Made by a program: the position numbers and the translations under genes. The notes beneath the pieces are model-generated. The model ran no database searches. It was given only the letters and a program-made list of their open reading frames with translations, and was not told the DNA's origin. DNA of 63,832 nucleotides, the filler included, from Phoronis australis (taxonomy: Eukaryota > Animalia > Phoronida), in NCBI GenBank assembly GCA_002633005.1. It is 12 parts of 12 records of this genome, joined end to end, with 100 filler letters (N's around TTAATTAATTAA, not from the genome) between each part and the next. Parts side by side here need not be neighbours in the genome. Positions count along the whole stretch, not along the records: positions 1 to 2,875 come from NMRA01003353.1; positions 2,976 to 11,045 come from NMRA01000259.1; positions 11,146 to 14,141 come from NMRA01000001.1; 9 more parts are not named here. One strand, given 5' to 3'. Below, piece by piece: positions 1 through 13,033 of this stretch (its first letter is position 1; every line of letters begins with the position of its first letter).

Positions 1-444
1 CCGGCTGAAAGTCAAGCAACAGCCAATCACAGCAACCAGCAAATGTCACATAGTAGTAAGATTACAATTCCGGCGCATCTAAATCTCACTTCTGGCAGAT
101 GTTTTTCTGTGTAATAAAGTACGCTGAATTTCATTTCCTTACTTATAGCGTAGAGGTGTTTCAAAAGATCGGGTAGAAGGAAATAAAACTCCCTAGTCTG
201 AAGTAGGCTTTCTAATTTTCAGTACATTTTGACTCCAAGTGGTCTCCAGCTAAAGGAGATAACTATTGGTTGGCAAAGCAGACAGGAGGGCAACTAACAT
301 TTTTACAAAAGGGTTGCTAGGCCACCTACAACTTGTTTGATTCTGTTGTCAATTTAGACAGTACCACGGTCTCAACTGGCCCCAGTTGAGAGGGTAGTCA
401 TCCCATAGGCCTTCCACATGCCGAAGCTTTTCGGCCAATCATGC

Positions 445-875
445 CTCACTTATTAAACTATCAAACTCATGTTGCTGTAAGCACCTTTAGCGCATACAGG
501 GACACCTTAGAAAGCCACTGATGTCTTTATTTCTTTCCAGTTCAAACAAATGCTCCCATAATCAAACATTTTTTCAACAATCCTTCGTTCATTAGCCCAA
601 ATCGAAAAATAGCCAGTTTTACACTGGTTGCGCCAGGGGGCATGACATCACGACATATCCTCTGCCCTGGCGCCACCAATGTAAAAATGGCCAGTTGTCG
701 ACATAAGGTGTATTGAACCAAAGGCTGTTTGAAAAAAGTTTGATTGTGAGAGGATTTTTGTTAAATATGGGAAACGTTACAGACACCAACGGCCTCTTAA
801 TGTGACCCTCTATGACTATGCCGAAACGGTACTTATGACAGTAACACGACTTGATGATTTAGTTACAAAGTTAGT
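445..875. mobile_element. Old foldback/palindromic MITE-like element
   Basis: The left arm (...ataatcaaacattttttcaacaatcc...gccagttttacactggttgcgccaggg) is a degenerate reverse complement of the right arm (ccctggcgccaccaatgtaaaaatggcc...tttgaaaaaagtttgattgtg...). Centre near 648; boundaries approximate. Confidence 0.6.
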
Positions 876-2875
876 GTGGGTTCGTTACCATTTTCAAGTA
901 GGTTTGCCGCAGACTTTAATTTGACTTAGGAAGGCTTCAGTCCGGAGGTCCTTCTCAATGAGTTTTTAGAGCACCACTACTATATTTTTCATGTTGGAAG
1001 TAAAGAGAGATTGTGATATTCATATGCCTCAAGGTGAGCTATGGGCGCCGCCATGTTGGAATTTGGATTAGGCCTACGAACGACTCGACCTGAACACGAC
1101 TGCCATATCACTTTTGAGAGCCTTAAAAATCAGTAATATTTCAATTAAGAACATGTTAATTATGACAAGCGATGGTGCAGTTTATTTTCCATAATTCATA
1201 TTTTTAAACCCATTAATTGGCCTAGTCGGGACGAGTGAGCGTAACACACAGACTACCTTTCTGCTTGTGAATGGGAAAAGGGCCTGTTGAGGGGATGCCC
1301 ATGCAAAATGAGGAGTTTAGTTCTCTCGATTACCACTTGTATCGCTGCTAACCTCTTGTTTAATTTTTCGCCAACGGAGGGCAGCACAATGTCAAGGTCA
1401 AGGCTGTTTTGGAGACGAAAGCTTTGCTTTCAGATTGTACAAAATCATGCCCGAAATAAAATTAAAACACATCGTGTCATTCAGTTCTGAAGATAAGGTA
1501 GGGGCCTAAGAATTTTCACCACCCATTCTGTTATCGGTTTGCATTTTTGGTAGCGTCCTGTGTCCCAACGAGGTGTTGTACTTTTCATTTTGCGCATAAA
1601 TCGTTTATTTCCAAATTCCATTTACATTGGCATTGCCATGGCATTGTTGTCGTTGAACCATCATTATTGGGATTACCAACGAGTGAACCCGATGAGAGCC
1701 CTACCACACAATCACTGTCGATAGTTATGTAGTTACAAGCTATGCAGGTATATTTGTATGTGAGTTTCATAAACAATTGTTAAATGTGCCAATGAATGGC
1801 AATGCATCACCATGCCTTTGGTAGCGAGGACAACATACGTCACCAAATCGCTTCGCGTATCTGTCACCGTGTAAAATTAGCACATTACAATCGGCAAAAA
1901 ATCACTCAAAAATGCAATAAATATGAATAAAAATTACTTCAAAGTATGAAATAAGATGTTATTTTACTTAAATGTTAGTCTTTTTTCGTCGCAAAATCCG
2001 TTTAATAATACTTTGCACGAGTTTTTTGCAGCGACGTGACCGACATTTCAAGGCAAAATGGTGGCCGGTAAAAACAACTGGTATTTGGTTTTCAACTCAG
2101 GAGAAGACTAAACTCTCGAATTTTGGCGTGAAACTTCGTGAACTTGTAGAAGAAACCCTTGCGCACGTTATTACGTAAGTATTTTTCNCAACTTTGACCT
2201 GAATTAATTGGTACATTTCCTAATTTGCGCACATAATGAATCGCATTACGCACTAAAGGGTTCACCAATGAACTATTTCAAACACTTGTTGCAAACGGGC
2301 CCTTCGTCGATTTCTGTCAATCGGGCGTATTTTTGACTCACTTCGTAGTTCCGGGTACTGCCGCTAGGGGTGCTCCTTCGAATCGCGGCGAATTTTTGGT
2401 TCCCAAACTAAAGCATTTCAACTTTTCCTGATGAAAAGTTAATGTAAAAGAGACCCAAAAAGTAATTTCTCGTTGTGAGAACAATAATGCTCTCATTTAA
2501 GGTTCTTTTTTCCTATTTTTGCCTCACATTTTTGTAGGTCAGGCCACTAAGACCTGACTTGTGCCGGCCAGACAGGACCACCCATACTGGCCAAGACAGT
2601 TTAGCCAGCATATGTCAAGATAGAAAATGAAAACATTTTAATTTTAGAGTAAACAAATATTAAAACTGTGTATTTCTACTCCAGTGCTGTGTTTTCAACC
2701 AAAACTTTATGGTTACTACCATGAAAAACTATACATGCTATCAATATTTTTTTTACCATGAATATAGTTTTTACAAAACAATTCAGAGGTTCTTCTAGGC
2801 TGGCCTATATCTTTCAGGTAACCTTTGTTGGAAATTGCTGTGGACCAAACCAGTTGTTATTTTCTTCATCATTTT

Positions 2876-2975
2876 NNNNNNNNNNNNNNNNNNNNNNNNN
2901 NNNNNNNNNNNNNNNNNNNTTAATTAATTAANNNNNNNNNNNNNNNNNNNNNNNNNNNNNNNNNNNNNNNNNNNN
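2876..2975. other. Artificial contig linker (44 N + TTAATTAATTAA + 44 N; stop codons in all six frames)
   Basis: An identical 100-nt linker recurs at 11046-11145, 14142-14241, 17619-17718, 33657-33756, 36868-36967, 39795-39894, 43032-43131, 50377-50476, 53276-53375 and 61456-61555. Plain N gaps without the motif lie at 16409-16446, 21405-22296 and 51943-52124. Confidence 0.97.
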
Positions 2976-3227
2976 ATATTACTTGTTTTACAAAAAAGTC
3001 ACCAAAACTGTTGTTTTTACAAATATAAGTTTACTAAGCTCTTTGGTGATTATTAGGTAACTTCAAACTCAAATTTCTCAAAAATGTGCAACTTTATATG
3101 TGGGAACTTTTTAGATTTTGAAAACACTCTAATAAATAAATTAAAAAACACCAAAATAAAATTGCCCCCCTAAAGTACTCACAAAAACCATTTTCTAGAG
3201 GCCCTACAAAATCTGGCCCACCGACTA
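2976..3227 (-). mobile_element. Terminal fragment of the Academ-like DNA transposon also seen at 21175
   Basis: Near-identical reverse complement of 21175-21404, ending in the TIR ATCTGGCCCACCGACTA. Cut by the contig start. Confidence 0.8.
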
Positions 3228-5876
3228 TCACTGCGATAAACAAAGCGGAAGTTGACATTGCGTGAGTTAAATGGCTGGTCTTTCGAGTCCAATCTGGATA
3301 TTAAATCTTAAAAAATGTGTCGATAATTAACCACGGGGACTTAAAAAATACACTAGAGAACAAGTCAATGCACCAAAGAGTTATATGACAAAAGAGTATA
3401 AGTTTTTTCGGAAAACCGGGTTCGAAACATGAAAACTAAATATGACCAAATTGCGGCAATCGTGTTACGGATTAGGTATAATGCTGTTTCCTCATGTAAA
3501 TTGTTGGTAAAAATGTTTTGTACACGAACCAGGTCATCTGCTCGTATTTTCGACGAGTTGAAGATATATTCGACAGCAATGGCTTATCGTATTTTGTTGT
3601 CATCGGCAAGTCACATCTGGTTTAATTTGTTGATCAAGTATATTAACATCAAGCATAGCCTAGGTTCTGGTAATGGAGTAGTGACTGCCGGGGCTAACAG
3701 TTGATTTGTCATTGATCTGCATAAACAATTTATGTTATTAAGTATATTTTATTGAAATAAAAAATGGGTTCGTAATTGAAAATAAAAAATAATCGACCAT
3801 CAATTCTGCTTTCTTGGTTTTAATAATTCTTACATCTATTTCATGTGTTAGGTTTCAAATATCAATCTGGACCAAGTTGAATTTTAAAAATTAAAACCCC
3901 TTATTCGTCCGTCCAAAGCATAACCTCGTTTTAGAGCTCAATTTCAGTTAACTGGATCTAGCAAACATAGTTATCATGTTTCTTCAGGGTCCTCATTCAT
4001 CCGAGGGAAAAGTTGTCTGTGCCTGACTGGGGGGAATTTTTCGCCGAGTGAGTGGGAAAATCTATCTCCTGATCACCATCATTAGCACCCCCGCCCTGTT
4101 GCAAGCTCTCAAGTAGCAATTTGTGCTCTTTCAAATTGTCACCTGTGTGGTATAGGTAATTTGAACTTCTGAGGGAGATTTTAAATCACTGGGGGGATTT
4201 AAAGTCCTCTGGGGGAATTTTGCGAGATTTTTCAACATGTTTGAGAAGGGAATAGGGCCGATATTCGGCCCCAAAATTGAGGGATTGAGAGCCCTGTCCA
4301 TTTGGAAAAAATGCGTCGTGTTTCAACTCGTAGTCATGAAAATACAGCTTGACTGGCTGAAAATTCACCGGTAATGCTATGATGATGCCCGGCATCCGAG
4401 ATGCGACAAGATATGACCTAACTTTTCGAAACATTTGTAAATTTTACACGGAAATATTTTCCTCCGTCGCGGCGTATGCCAACGACCCAACGATTCCGAA
4501 ACGTCTTTAGGGATTTTAAAACAAACAGTTGAGTGTCTGTATATTTTCTATCGTCATTCGAGCATTTGCGAGCTCTTTAGCGAAGTCACGAAACACCGCG
4601 AGAATGTGCTAGGACTGGAAATGGGGCAAATAACAAAGAAAATCGCCATACTCCTCATGTTCGCTTGTACTTGTTGTGTAGATTTAATCGCGTTTATTTC
4701 TTAATTCTCCTTCAATAATGGTAAATAAGCATTGCTGCTACTGAAGATGTAGATCAGACTCAAGATACGCGCATCGTGAGTATATGCCGAAAAGCCAACA
4801 GAGCTATTGTTGCGAGCCTCGTTTTGGAACGCGATTCCTCTCGGCGTGAATTAGGGCCATACTGAGTTATCGTTCGAGGCCCCTACTTGGCGAGTGCGTG
4901 ATCGTCATGAGCGCGGTTTCGGCGCTGCTCCGCGGACCCAAATTTCTTGAAGTCGAACACAATTCCCCTTAATCAAAAATAGTGTTTGCGAAACTGAGGT
5001 AAAATAATAAACACATTGAGCGTTGATGACTTTACTCTTGTGGGTTAGCCGTTTATTACACAACCAGCAAAGCCACTCACCAGCTCAACTCCGGACTGCG
5101 TGGGAAAAAAGCGCGTGCGACCTGTAGAGATCCTGTTCCACAAAATCCGTCTGATGAAAAGCTTTACAAAAAAGTCCATATGCTTTACATGGCACGCATC
5201 GAATCCTTTCTCAATCCAGGACTGCATCAACGAATGATGAGCATTGACAATTATGTGTTTTTGGACAAATATTTTGGACAAAATTATAAATTTTAATTCG
5301 ATAAAAGTATATATTTTATGAAAGAAGAACTTTTTGATTTTTACCACCAATTTTCCATTAAAGGAGTCACGTGGAAATGTATTTTTAGTAAAGATTAGAA
5401 AAAGGATTGGTAAATTGATAGCAAAACAACGTTATCAATAACATGACCAAATTTCAAGATGTAATCTAAAAAAACTATGTAAGAGTTTAAAAATTATCGT
5501 TTCGTTTTCGTTTTATCTGTATGCGACTTGTGATTTTTTTCATAAAAATGGTATAAGTCCTACTTTGATAGCCTCTAACAGGGTTTTGAAGAATAGTATA
5601 TAAGCACAGTGTCTTTTAAAGTTTCAAATTTGTGAGGTATGACGTTCCGAATTCAGTCAAGTTTGAATAGTTTTCTAAGGTCCTACATAACCTTAAACCA
5701 GTGGTATGACCCGACAACTGTAAACTGTGCCTTCAAGTCGTAGTACTAACTTGGTACAAATGAACTGCATCAAGTAGTTGTTAATGAGGCATGTCCGCCC
5801 ACGAACTTGTATGCAATATCTCACTTGCGTGTTTCCAGTTAGTCAGTATTACGTCACCGGAAGTAGGGCAAAACCA

Positions 5877-6049
5877 AGGGCATGTTTCAGAAAACGGACT
5901 TATAGCTTAAGACAAAGATTTGGTCTTACGCTGTTCTTGGAGACTTTGGACTCAAGTGAGATTTCAATATTTTTCAGAAACAGTTGTGTGAAGCGTAAGA
6001 CCAAATTTCTGACTTAAGTCTTGGTCACTTTTCATGACACAAACCCCTG
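5877..6049. mobile_element. Small MITE with long imperfect inverted arms (Harbinger-like termini)
   Basis: The left arm (ggcatgtttcagaaaa...cttaagacaaagatttggtcttacgct) pairs with the right arm (agcgtaagaccaaatttctgacttaag...tttcatgacacaaacccc). Confidence 0.55.
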
Positions 6050-8101
6050 CTGGTAATAGTGAGTGTCAGCACTGAAGTGCCACACAAAGACAAGGGCGAG
6101 AAACAGGGCGGGTCTCATTTCACCGTGTTTATGCTTACGTGTTACATTAACTTAAATAAGAGTATTTGTGCCATAAATTACAAATATACTCATTCTATGT
6201 CAGTGGCACATTTTCTGTTTAGAAGCCCCCTTTACCTAAAGTACGCTCAATCTTATATTTGAAGCGACAGAAAGGTAAAAATATGCCCTTTCAGAAAATA
6301 CTCGATGGGGCTCACCGTTAGAAATCACCTAAAACGACCCTCAAAAAGGTGGCTGATATACACATGGATCACAGCTAGTAGCTGTAAGGAATTTTGATAT
6401 TTTTCAGATTTTGCAGTTTCGTTTTAATGTCCACTTTTGTTCTACATTACTTGAATGTTTTGTCCTACATACTTCCACATAGAAAACTAGTTTAATTCCC
6501 GACACGTTTGTCCGCTGCTTGGCCACAGTAGACAACTGTTACGATCACAGGTTTTGCACGCACGTGGACGAGGGAGAGTACACTGTTCACTCCATTGAGA
6601 GTATAAAGCGAATTCCTTGACACATCAAAGGTTTGATGGCTGCGCCAAAAAACTGAAGAGCGTGCTGCATCCGTAACTGCAACTGTGACTAATCAAATAA
6701 ATATGGAACCAAATGCCGTTATTATGTTTATATGTTTTCAGTTTTTACAACATTAGATTCACTTTTGTCGAGAAAAAATTTGACGAAACTATGAACTGGT
6801 TGAAGTTGTAGACGCCTCTGTCAGCGTACGATTTAAAAGCAGGGTGCAGTTGTGGAAGGGAATCTTCGTTGACGCTCTCACGACTTGGCTCTTCGTTTTG
6901 TTAGTAATTCCGATTGAAATAGAGTGAAAAAATTAAATTGATAATTTGTATTTCACAACTTTCGCGGAAGAACTAGCACGTGAATGCGATACATTTGTGG
7001 TACAGACTCCTAGCCAGTATTGTGCGAAGGGCTGTTCGAATTTCTAAAACAGTAGACCTTTGATATTTTGCAAAGTAGTTTTCAGTAAGGCCCTTGGCGC
7101 AGCTTGATTAAGAGGAAGGCAAATTTGTATACAACAAGATGACTCTCGGCTGTATGTTCCAGAGAGGAGACGGAAATGAGGATGCCGTAACGGTTGCTCA
7201 TAAAGAATGGGACTCAAATTCGGATATATAATGTTCTCCGGAAAGAGAACTTTCCCGCCAAACTTTCAAACTAGGTTACGCTGTACACTGTCATAAAAAT
7301 TGGACCTCCGACAATCTGATTGACATATGCAAAAGTGAAGGTTAATACTATCATTGAGCTACCTTCCAAGAAGTGACATTCTGTAAAAAGAAAGTGTACA
7401 ACTTATAAAAACTTATTTAATTAGACGCGGGGAACATCCGTTGGTTGACACCAATTTCATCACAACCCTTCCGTCAATGCCAACGCACCTATTCGGTCTT
7501 CCCGGCCTAGGTCACTTGTTGCATTCAGTTATCACATGGAGTTGTTCGTCAATTGTTAGTTAAACAATTGCAGTGGAGTTGAGTGCCACAACACCATACC
7601 ATTGTCGCACGAATGAAATCAATTGGCGGATAGCAACTGCTAATAAACATCCTCCACGGGTTGTCGCCATGCTTTATTTGATGGGAGGCTCGTTTGAATG
7701 TCACAGTCGTCATCGCCAACAGAGACGTGGTATTGTTATTCGCTGTCGGTGGTCTTCGTGCTGAGAACTGAATCGTGACGTTAGTCGGTTATATTAGAGG
7801 CACACTAGCGACTGAACGCTCTTTGCGATTAGACACATTTTTGCACCCGTCTGTTATCGTCAAGGAAAGCTACTGTCACATGAGATGCGCAGCTCAGGTT
7901 CATTGTAAGAAGTTAGGGCATGCAGTTGACCACTAATTACATGACTGTATAAATGTTCTTTTTGTTTTAGTTTCACGGATGGCGTGCAAATGAAATGCAA
8001 GCAAAGGTGTGCATCACTGCCAAAGACATGGGAGCACAGCAGTCATGATTATGACGCCATGAAGTTTTAGAAGATGCGCCTCAAGTGCGCTTGACACTAT
8101 C

Positions 8102-8210
8102 GAAGATTTGATTGCTGACTGTTTGAATATAACACTGCACAATCTAACCTTAACTAACACACTAACGAACTAACGAAAGCACTATAACCTCAGCCAGTAA
8201 TCAAATCTTT
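8102..8210. repeat. Short inverted-repeat element with a CTAAC-rich core
   Basis: gaagatttgattgctgactg ... cagccagtaatcaaatcttt flank ctaaccttaactaacacactaacgaactaacg. Confidence 0.45.
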
Positions 8211-10721
8211 TGAGGGTGGTTCCTTTCTTCCTCACGAACTTTACCCGAGGGATCGCATTGTGACGACGGATCCAGATGGTTAAGAACACCACAGAGGACG
8301 GTTGCAGGAACAAGAATTCGTGCGCCTCCTCGAATACACGGACATTCCTTTGTGTATCGGTGACGCACTACTGAAATGCGATCACAGATGATAACTGTTT
8401 ACATAAACTTTAGTGGTACGTGACGGTTTTCAAAGACCGTTAGAGTGTGTTAATTTTTCATTATTGTTTCAAAACATACCTTACTTATATCACAGCTATC
8501 CTATGTTCTGTTCACGTTTCCTAATCAAGGATTCCCAATCTCAGAATAAGATATCGAAGGCTGCTCTTGTTTCTAAATAGCAGTCAAGTAAAAACTGCTG
8601 TTGGTCCAATAAATGACTTTTTCCGTTTTGGTTAGGAACTTGCGCTGTATTTTGCTTCATTTAGGCTTTGGTCCTATATAACAATTCCAAAATTGTGTTC
8701 CAAGGGTTGACTACCTTGTCGAGTTTGTCTGTAGATACTTATTTACTGAGGGGTTTCGTCTCAAGTGTGCAAACTATTTTGTCGCGTTGGTGAGCGCTCC
8801 AAATATTTTTATATTTCATTATTGACATTCTTTGGTTTTTTAGCCGTATGATCTGATTTGCCAATCAAAAAATTCAGTCTCTGTATTTATTTACAAATTG
8901 CCACTCCCTTAGTGCTTGTATTCCAATTTACAACAACGTTTATTCCTTTTAAAATAAGCAAACATAGCAACGAATATTATCTACTTGCAAAATTTTATTT
9001 TTGACGGCATTCACTAAAACGACGAGGCAAAAGGGTCTTCAAATATATATATATATAACAATTACTAAGTGTTTCTCTGTTAGATATGAACTGGGACCAC
9101 ATTTACAAAAAAGAAAAATGACTTGTGATTTCCCAAGAATTTAAAAACATTTGTGGAAATTGTCTTTAATATGAATAAGATAAACAGAGGAGACCATGCA
9201 GTTGTTGTTGGTTTCGATGCCACAATCAGTAATACTAAAGGTGTCATAGCGGGCATGTTTGTGATTTTATACATTTATACGCAGGATACATCATGAAGAG
9301 TCATAGAAATAGAGCTCTCTTGGCAGTGCTGTCATTTGCATACATACTTTCAACCATAAACTGCTACCCATTACGTACCCAAGAAAATACAAATTATCCC
9401 CAAATGTACAATAGTTTTCGTCCCAAGCCATTGTTTCCCGTGCTGCACATGCCAATGGGTTCAATACCAATGATAAAATAACAAACAATCACAAAATAAA
9501 CAGCAATATTATTAATATTCATATAAACAATTACAATTTTACTTTTGGCTACAACAACTTATTCATAGTGACACTGTGGGTAACACAGGAGTTGCTCAGG
9601 TGATGATATTCTATTATGAAAACGGCATCACTCATTAACCAATTTCTTAACAAGTAAAATGAAGTAGAAAACGTCAAATAAGCAGAAAACGAGAAAATAA
9701 ATGGAAATCGTTGATAAACTTTTAAGAACGACATGGTAATATAAGCTTACAGGGAATAACCTCCTGTGTGAGTTATTAGAGACACTTGGCAGCATACCTC
9801 GGTATGTGAACATTTGAAAAAAGTCTTTTCTTGAAAAACAAATTTTCAGAAATAGGTGCATGGGCGTAAATAGTGTCATGCACGATAAATCTTATTACGT
9901 ACATAAAGTTGCCATGAATTTCAAAGTATGGACTAAATAAAAATAGAAATGAGCATAAAAAAGAAAATGTGAAATGACATGAAAACGTAAGAGATCCCTA
10001 CCAGGGTTAAAAAACTGCATAACGAATGACACCTGCGTCAAAATTTTCGTCGAACAATTTCAACATAAGTTCTCTGATAATGGGAGCTAATTGTTAATGG
10101 TACGGCACATTGCGATACGAAATGAAGCAAAGAACCTTTATAGTGACAAAAGCATATAGCAGAACTATTAAAAATACAATACGCATTGACTTGGATAAGT
10201 TTACCAAACGAACCAACACAAGCTTAATACGAAAATATTAGTAAACTTGACCATGGGAAAAATAATGTATTTTTTGGTGTCTTCGCCCAAGAAAGCACAA
10301 GTTATTTTCAAAGGTATTATAGTTTCTTGGTACAACTTTAAGAGCACATAAAGACATTCCGTGTCAACAAAAGTGAGAATTATTGGGGTCTTTGGTCGTT
10401 TTTTCGGCTCAGCCACCGGGAAGTCACCTTGAAGCACAGAAGAAGTATGACCAATCGCAGTTCCAAGCCTTGTTTATTGCCTAAACCAAAGGTGGCTGAA
10501 AGAGATAAATAAAGCATATGTTAAGTATTAGCCACACGCCTACGTGAGATATCATGAGTATCAAGCAAGCAATTGTCCAAAACGGATACTCAATGTGAAA
10601 AAATACGAAAAAGACAGCATTACCAATTAACATAACCCAGTGCCATGAGATTGACTTGTATTTTCTGCTTAGTATTTAAAACAGACTATGGAGGTTGAAA
10701 GCAAATTTTCTATCGAAATGT

Positions 10722-10789
10722 AGGGGTCACTGGGACTTGAACCCAGACCTCATGTCAAAGACATGCCTGCTGCCTTGCATCATGACCCC
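10722..10789 (-). pseudogene. tRNA-Gln(TTG)-like pseudogene or SINE head
   Basis: The minus strand reads GGGGTCA-TG-ATGCAAGGCAGCAG-G-CATGT-CTTTG-ACATG-AGGT-CTGGG-TTCAAGT-CCCAG-TGACCCC-T. It has a 7-bp acceptor stem, a 5-bp T stem with B box and a 5-bp anticodon stem, but only a 5-nt anticodon loop. Confidence 0.6.
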
Positions 10790-11153
10790 GGGTGATTGTT
10801 CAATAGTTAGTTTGCATTTCAACAGCTGTTTTGGTAGAGAGCCAATGTGCTCAAACATGAGTATCAAAATTTGGATTTAAAGTTGCTGCGTCCTTGTTGT
10901 TTACTGTGTGGTGTTGGAAAAACTTAATATGTTTTTCCTTAATTATTGTTAGAGAAAGGAATTATACCCTTGTTGGGTAGTATTTTTTATTTTCAAAAGA
11001 AACAAGAGTTCAGCAACCTTAAGTAACTTAACAATCACCCACCTCNNNNNNNNNNNNNNNNNNNNNNNNNNNNNNNNNNNNNNNNNNNNTTAATTAATTA
11101 ANNNNNNNNNNNNNNNNNNNNNNNNNNNNNNNNNNNNNNNNNNNNAATTTTAT

Positions 11154-11247
11154 GAGTACACCCAAAATGATTTGGGGTGTACTCAGAGCCTGAGAGCTGA
11201 ATACACAAACACAATTTTGAGTACACCCAAAATGGTTTGGGGTGTAC
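11154..11247. repeat. Two copies (65-bp period) of a ~31-nt palindrome
   Basis: GAGTACACCCAAAATGATTTGGGGTGTACTC at 11154-11184 and a near-identical copy at 11219-11247. Confidence 0.7.
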
Positions 11248-12195
11248 CTAAGCCAGATTAGATGAAGTCAAGTCATGCAAGGCCATTCAGGTATACCCTA
11301 AACTTGACATATCTGTGAGCTCTTTCACAAGGCTACCTGAAACCCTGCACAATTTATTTTTCTTATCAATTGTTCATTTCCATGATAAAAGTTCATTTGA
11401 AATAATAACATGTTTAGAGGCTTCACCAAACAAATTTTGAGCATTTACAAGAATGCTTAGTAAGTTTTTGAAAGATGGGTCTCTGCTTTACTTTTGTCCC
11501 AAACACTACAATTTCTCCTGTTTATGTCATTTGCATAGATTCACATTGATTTGTTGGAAGTGCATCAAGATAACTGAAAACAGGTAAATATTAAGCATGT
11601 CTTCCAAATGGAGAAACAACATTGCTTTTATTTAAATTACAATTATAATACTGATGATCCCTAGTTTAAGGTAATTGTCAACCTTCTTTGTTTTGTTTTT
11701 TCAAAAATGCAATATTCACTTCACACATTGAATTAAGCTAACATAATTATTTATTTTTCCTTTATTTTCAATAACATTTCTTTAAACACAAGTTGCTTGA
11801 GATGGCTTCTACTGACTTCTGTTGCCATTTTCAGGCCTTTAGATGTTCAAAGCTTATAGTTTGGAACATCAATTTCTCTTCAATTTGCAAGAAATCTTCA
11901 CATTTATAAACGATTGCACGGCGTTTCAAGGTTGAAAGGCACAAATTAAGATTTTTCAGTCATCGAGTATTCCAAAATATTATACTTTTATGCGTTGGAA
12001 ATGGACGGTTATTAGACTAAGTAATATTAATCGAATTTAGTTCTCTGTCCCTAATGTACAATGATTATCAGCACCATATTACATAAACCAGTTTACAGGC
12101 TACTAAAGAACAAAAACGATAAATTAATTTGCAACTCTCAGAAACATCACCAAACCCACAAAAAACAAAACATATAAAATTATCTAGTGACCTAC

Positions 12196-12324
12196 TTCAA
12201 ATGCTTGAGGCACAGTGCCCTCTTCGGGAATGTCTGGTAAACTGTCTAGATCAGCCAATAAGTTCTCGACTCTGTGTTTCTCATCATCAGTCATTGCTAT
12301 GATGTTCCCAGCATCTGCAGCCAA
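12196..12324 (-). CDS. FSIP1: Internal exon of a fibrous sheath-interacting protein 1-like gene
   Basis: Acceptor tctttgtag and donor GAA|gtaggt bound a 129-nt phase 0/0 exon encoding LAADAGNIIAMTDDEKHRVENLLADLDSLPDIPEEGTVPQAFE. This resembles the conserved FSIP1 block (RNIE)LA......M...EK.R...LL.DLD, recalled from memory. Confidence 0.7.
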
Positions 12325-12591
12325 CTACAAAGACACAATGAGACAATAATTAAACAATGTATGCAAGATGTAAGTGCATCAACATTAATACATACATGTA
12401 ATTAACAGAGATAGAAGGGCTGCAATGTTTTCCAAACACTGATAAAGTCGTTTTAATTACCACTATCTCCGTGTTTGTAAAACCACATATCTACTTCTAG
12501 AATTCCCACTTCTTGAATACATATCTCCTCTTTTGCAGAGGTAGAAAAGCCCAGAGCATGATTGACCTAGTAAGGTATGGTCAGTCTGAGG

Positions 12592-13033
12592 CAAGTCAAG
12601 TGAAGAATGATTTGTCATGCCCTACTCAGCTTTACAAAAGGTAAGATCACTTTAAACAGAGTCAAGTGAAGAAGGATTTATCATGCCCCATTAGGCTATA
12701 TGAAATGTAAGGTCACTTCGAGCCAAGTCAAGTGAAGAATGATTTATCATGCCCTACTCAGCTTTACAAAAGGTAAGATCACTTTAAACAGAGTCAAGTG
12801 AAGAAGGATTTATCATGCCCCATTAGGCTTTATGAAATGTAAGGTCACTTCGAGCCAAGTCAAGTGAAGAATGATTTATCATGCTCCACTCAGCTTTACA
12901 AAAGGGTAGGTCACTTTAAACAGAGTCAAGTGAAGAAGGATTTATCATGTCCCCTTCGGCTTAATGAAATGTAAGGTGACTTTGAGCCAAGTCAAGAGAA
13001 GAATGATTTATCAATGCTCCAATCAGCTTTACA
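12592..13033 (+). repeat. Minisatellite of 66-bp monomers arranged as alternating A/B dimers (132 bp)
   Basis: AGTCAAGTGAAGAA recurs every ~66 nt. Odd units read aatgattt...ctactcagctttacaaaagg and even units aaggattt...cattaggct.tatgaaatgtaagg. About 6.7 monomers. Confidence 0.9.

Noticed and set aside
2920-2931. TTAATTAATTAA as a recurring biological motif
   Set aside because: It is always centred in 88 Ns and is a standard all-frame-stop spacer.
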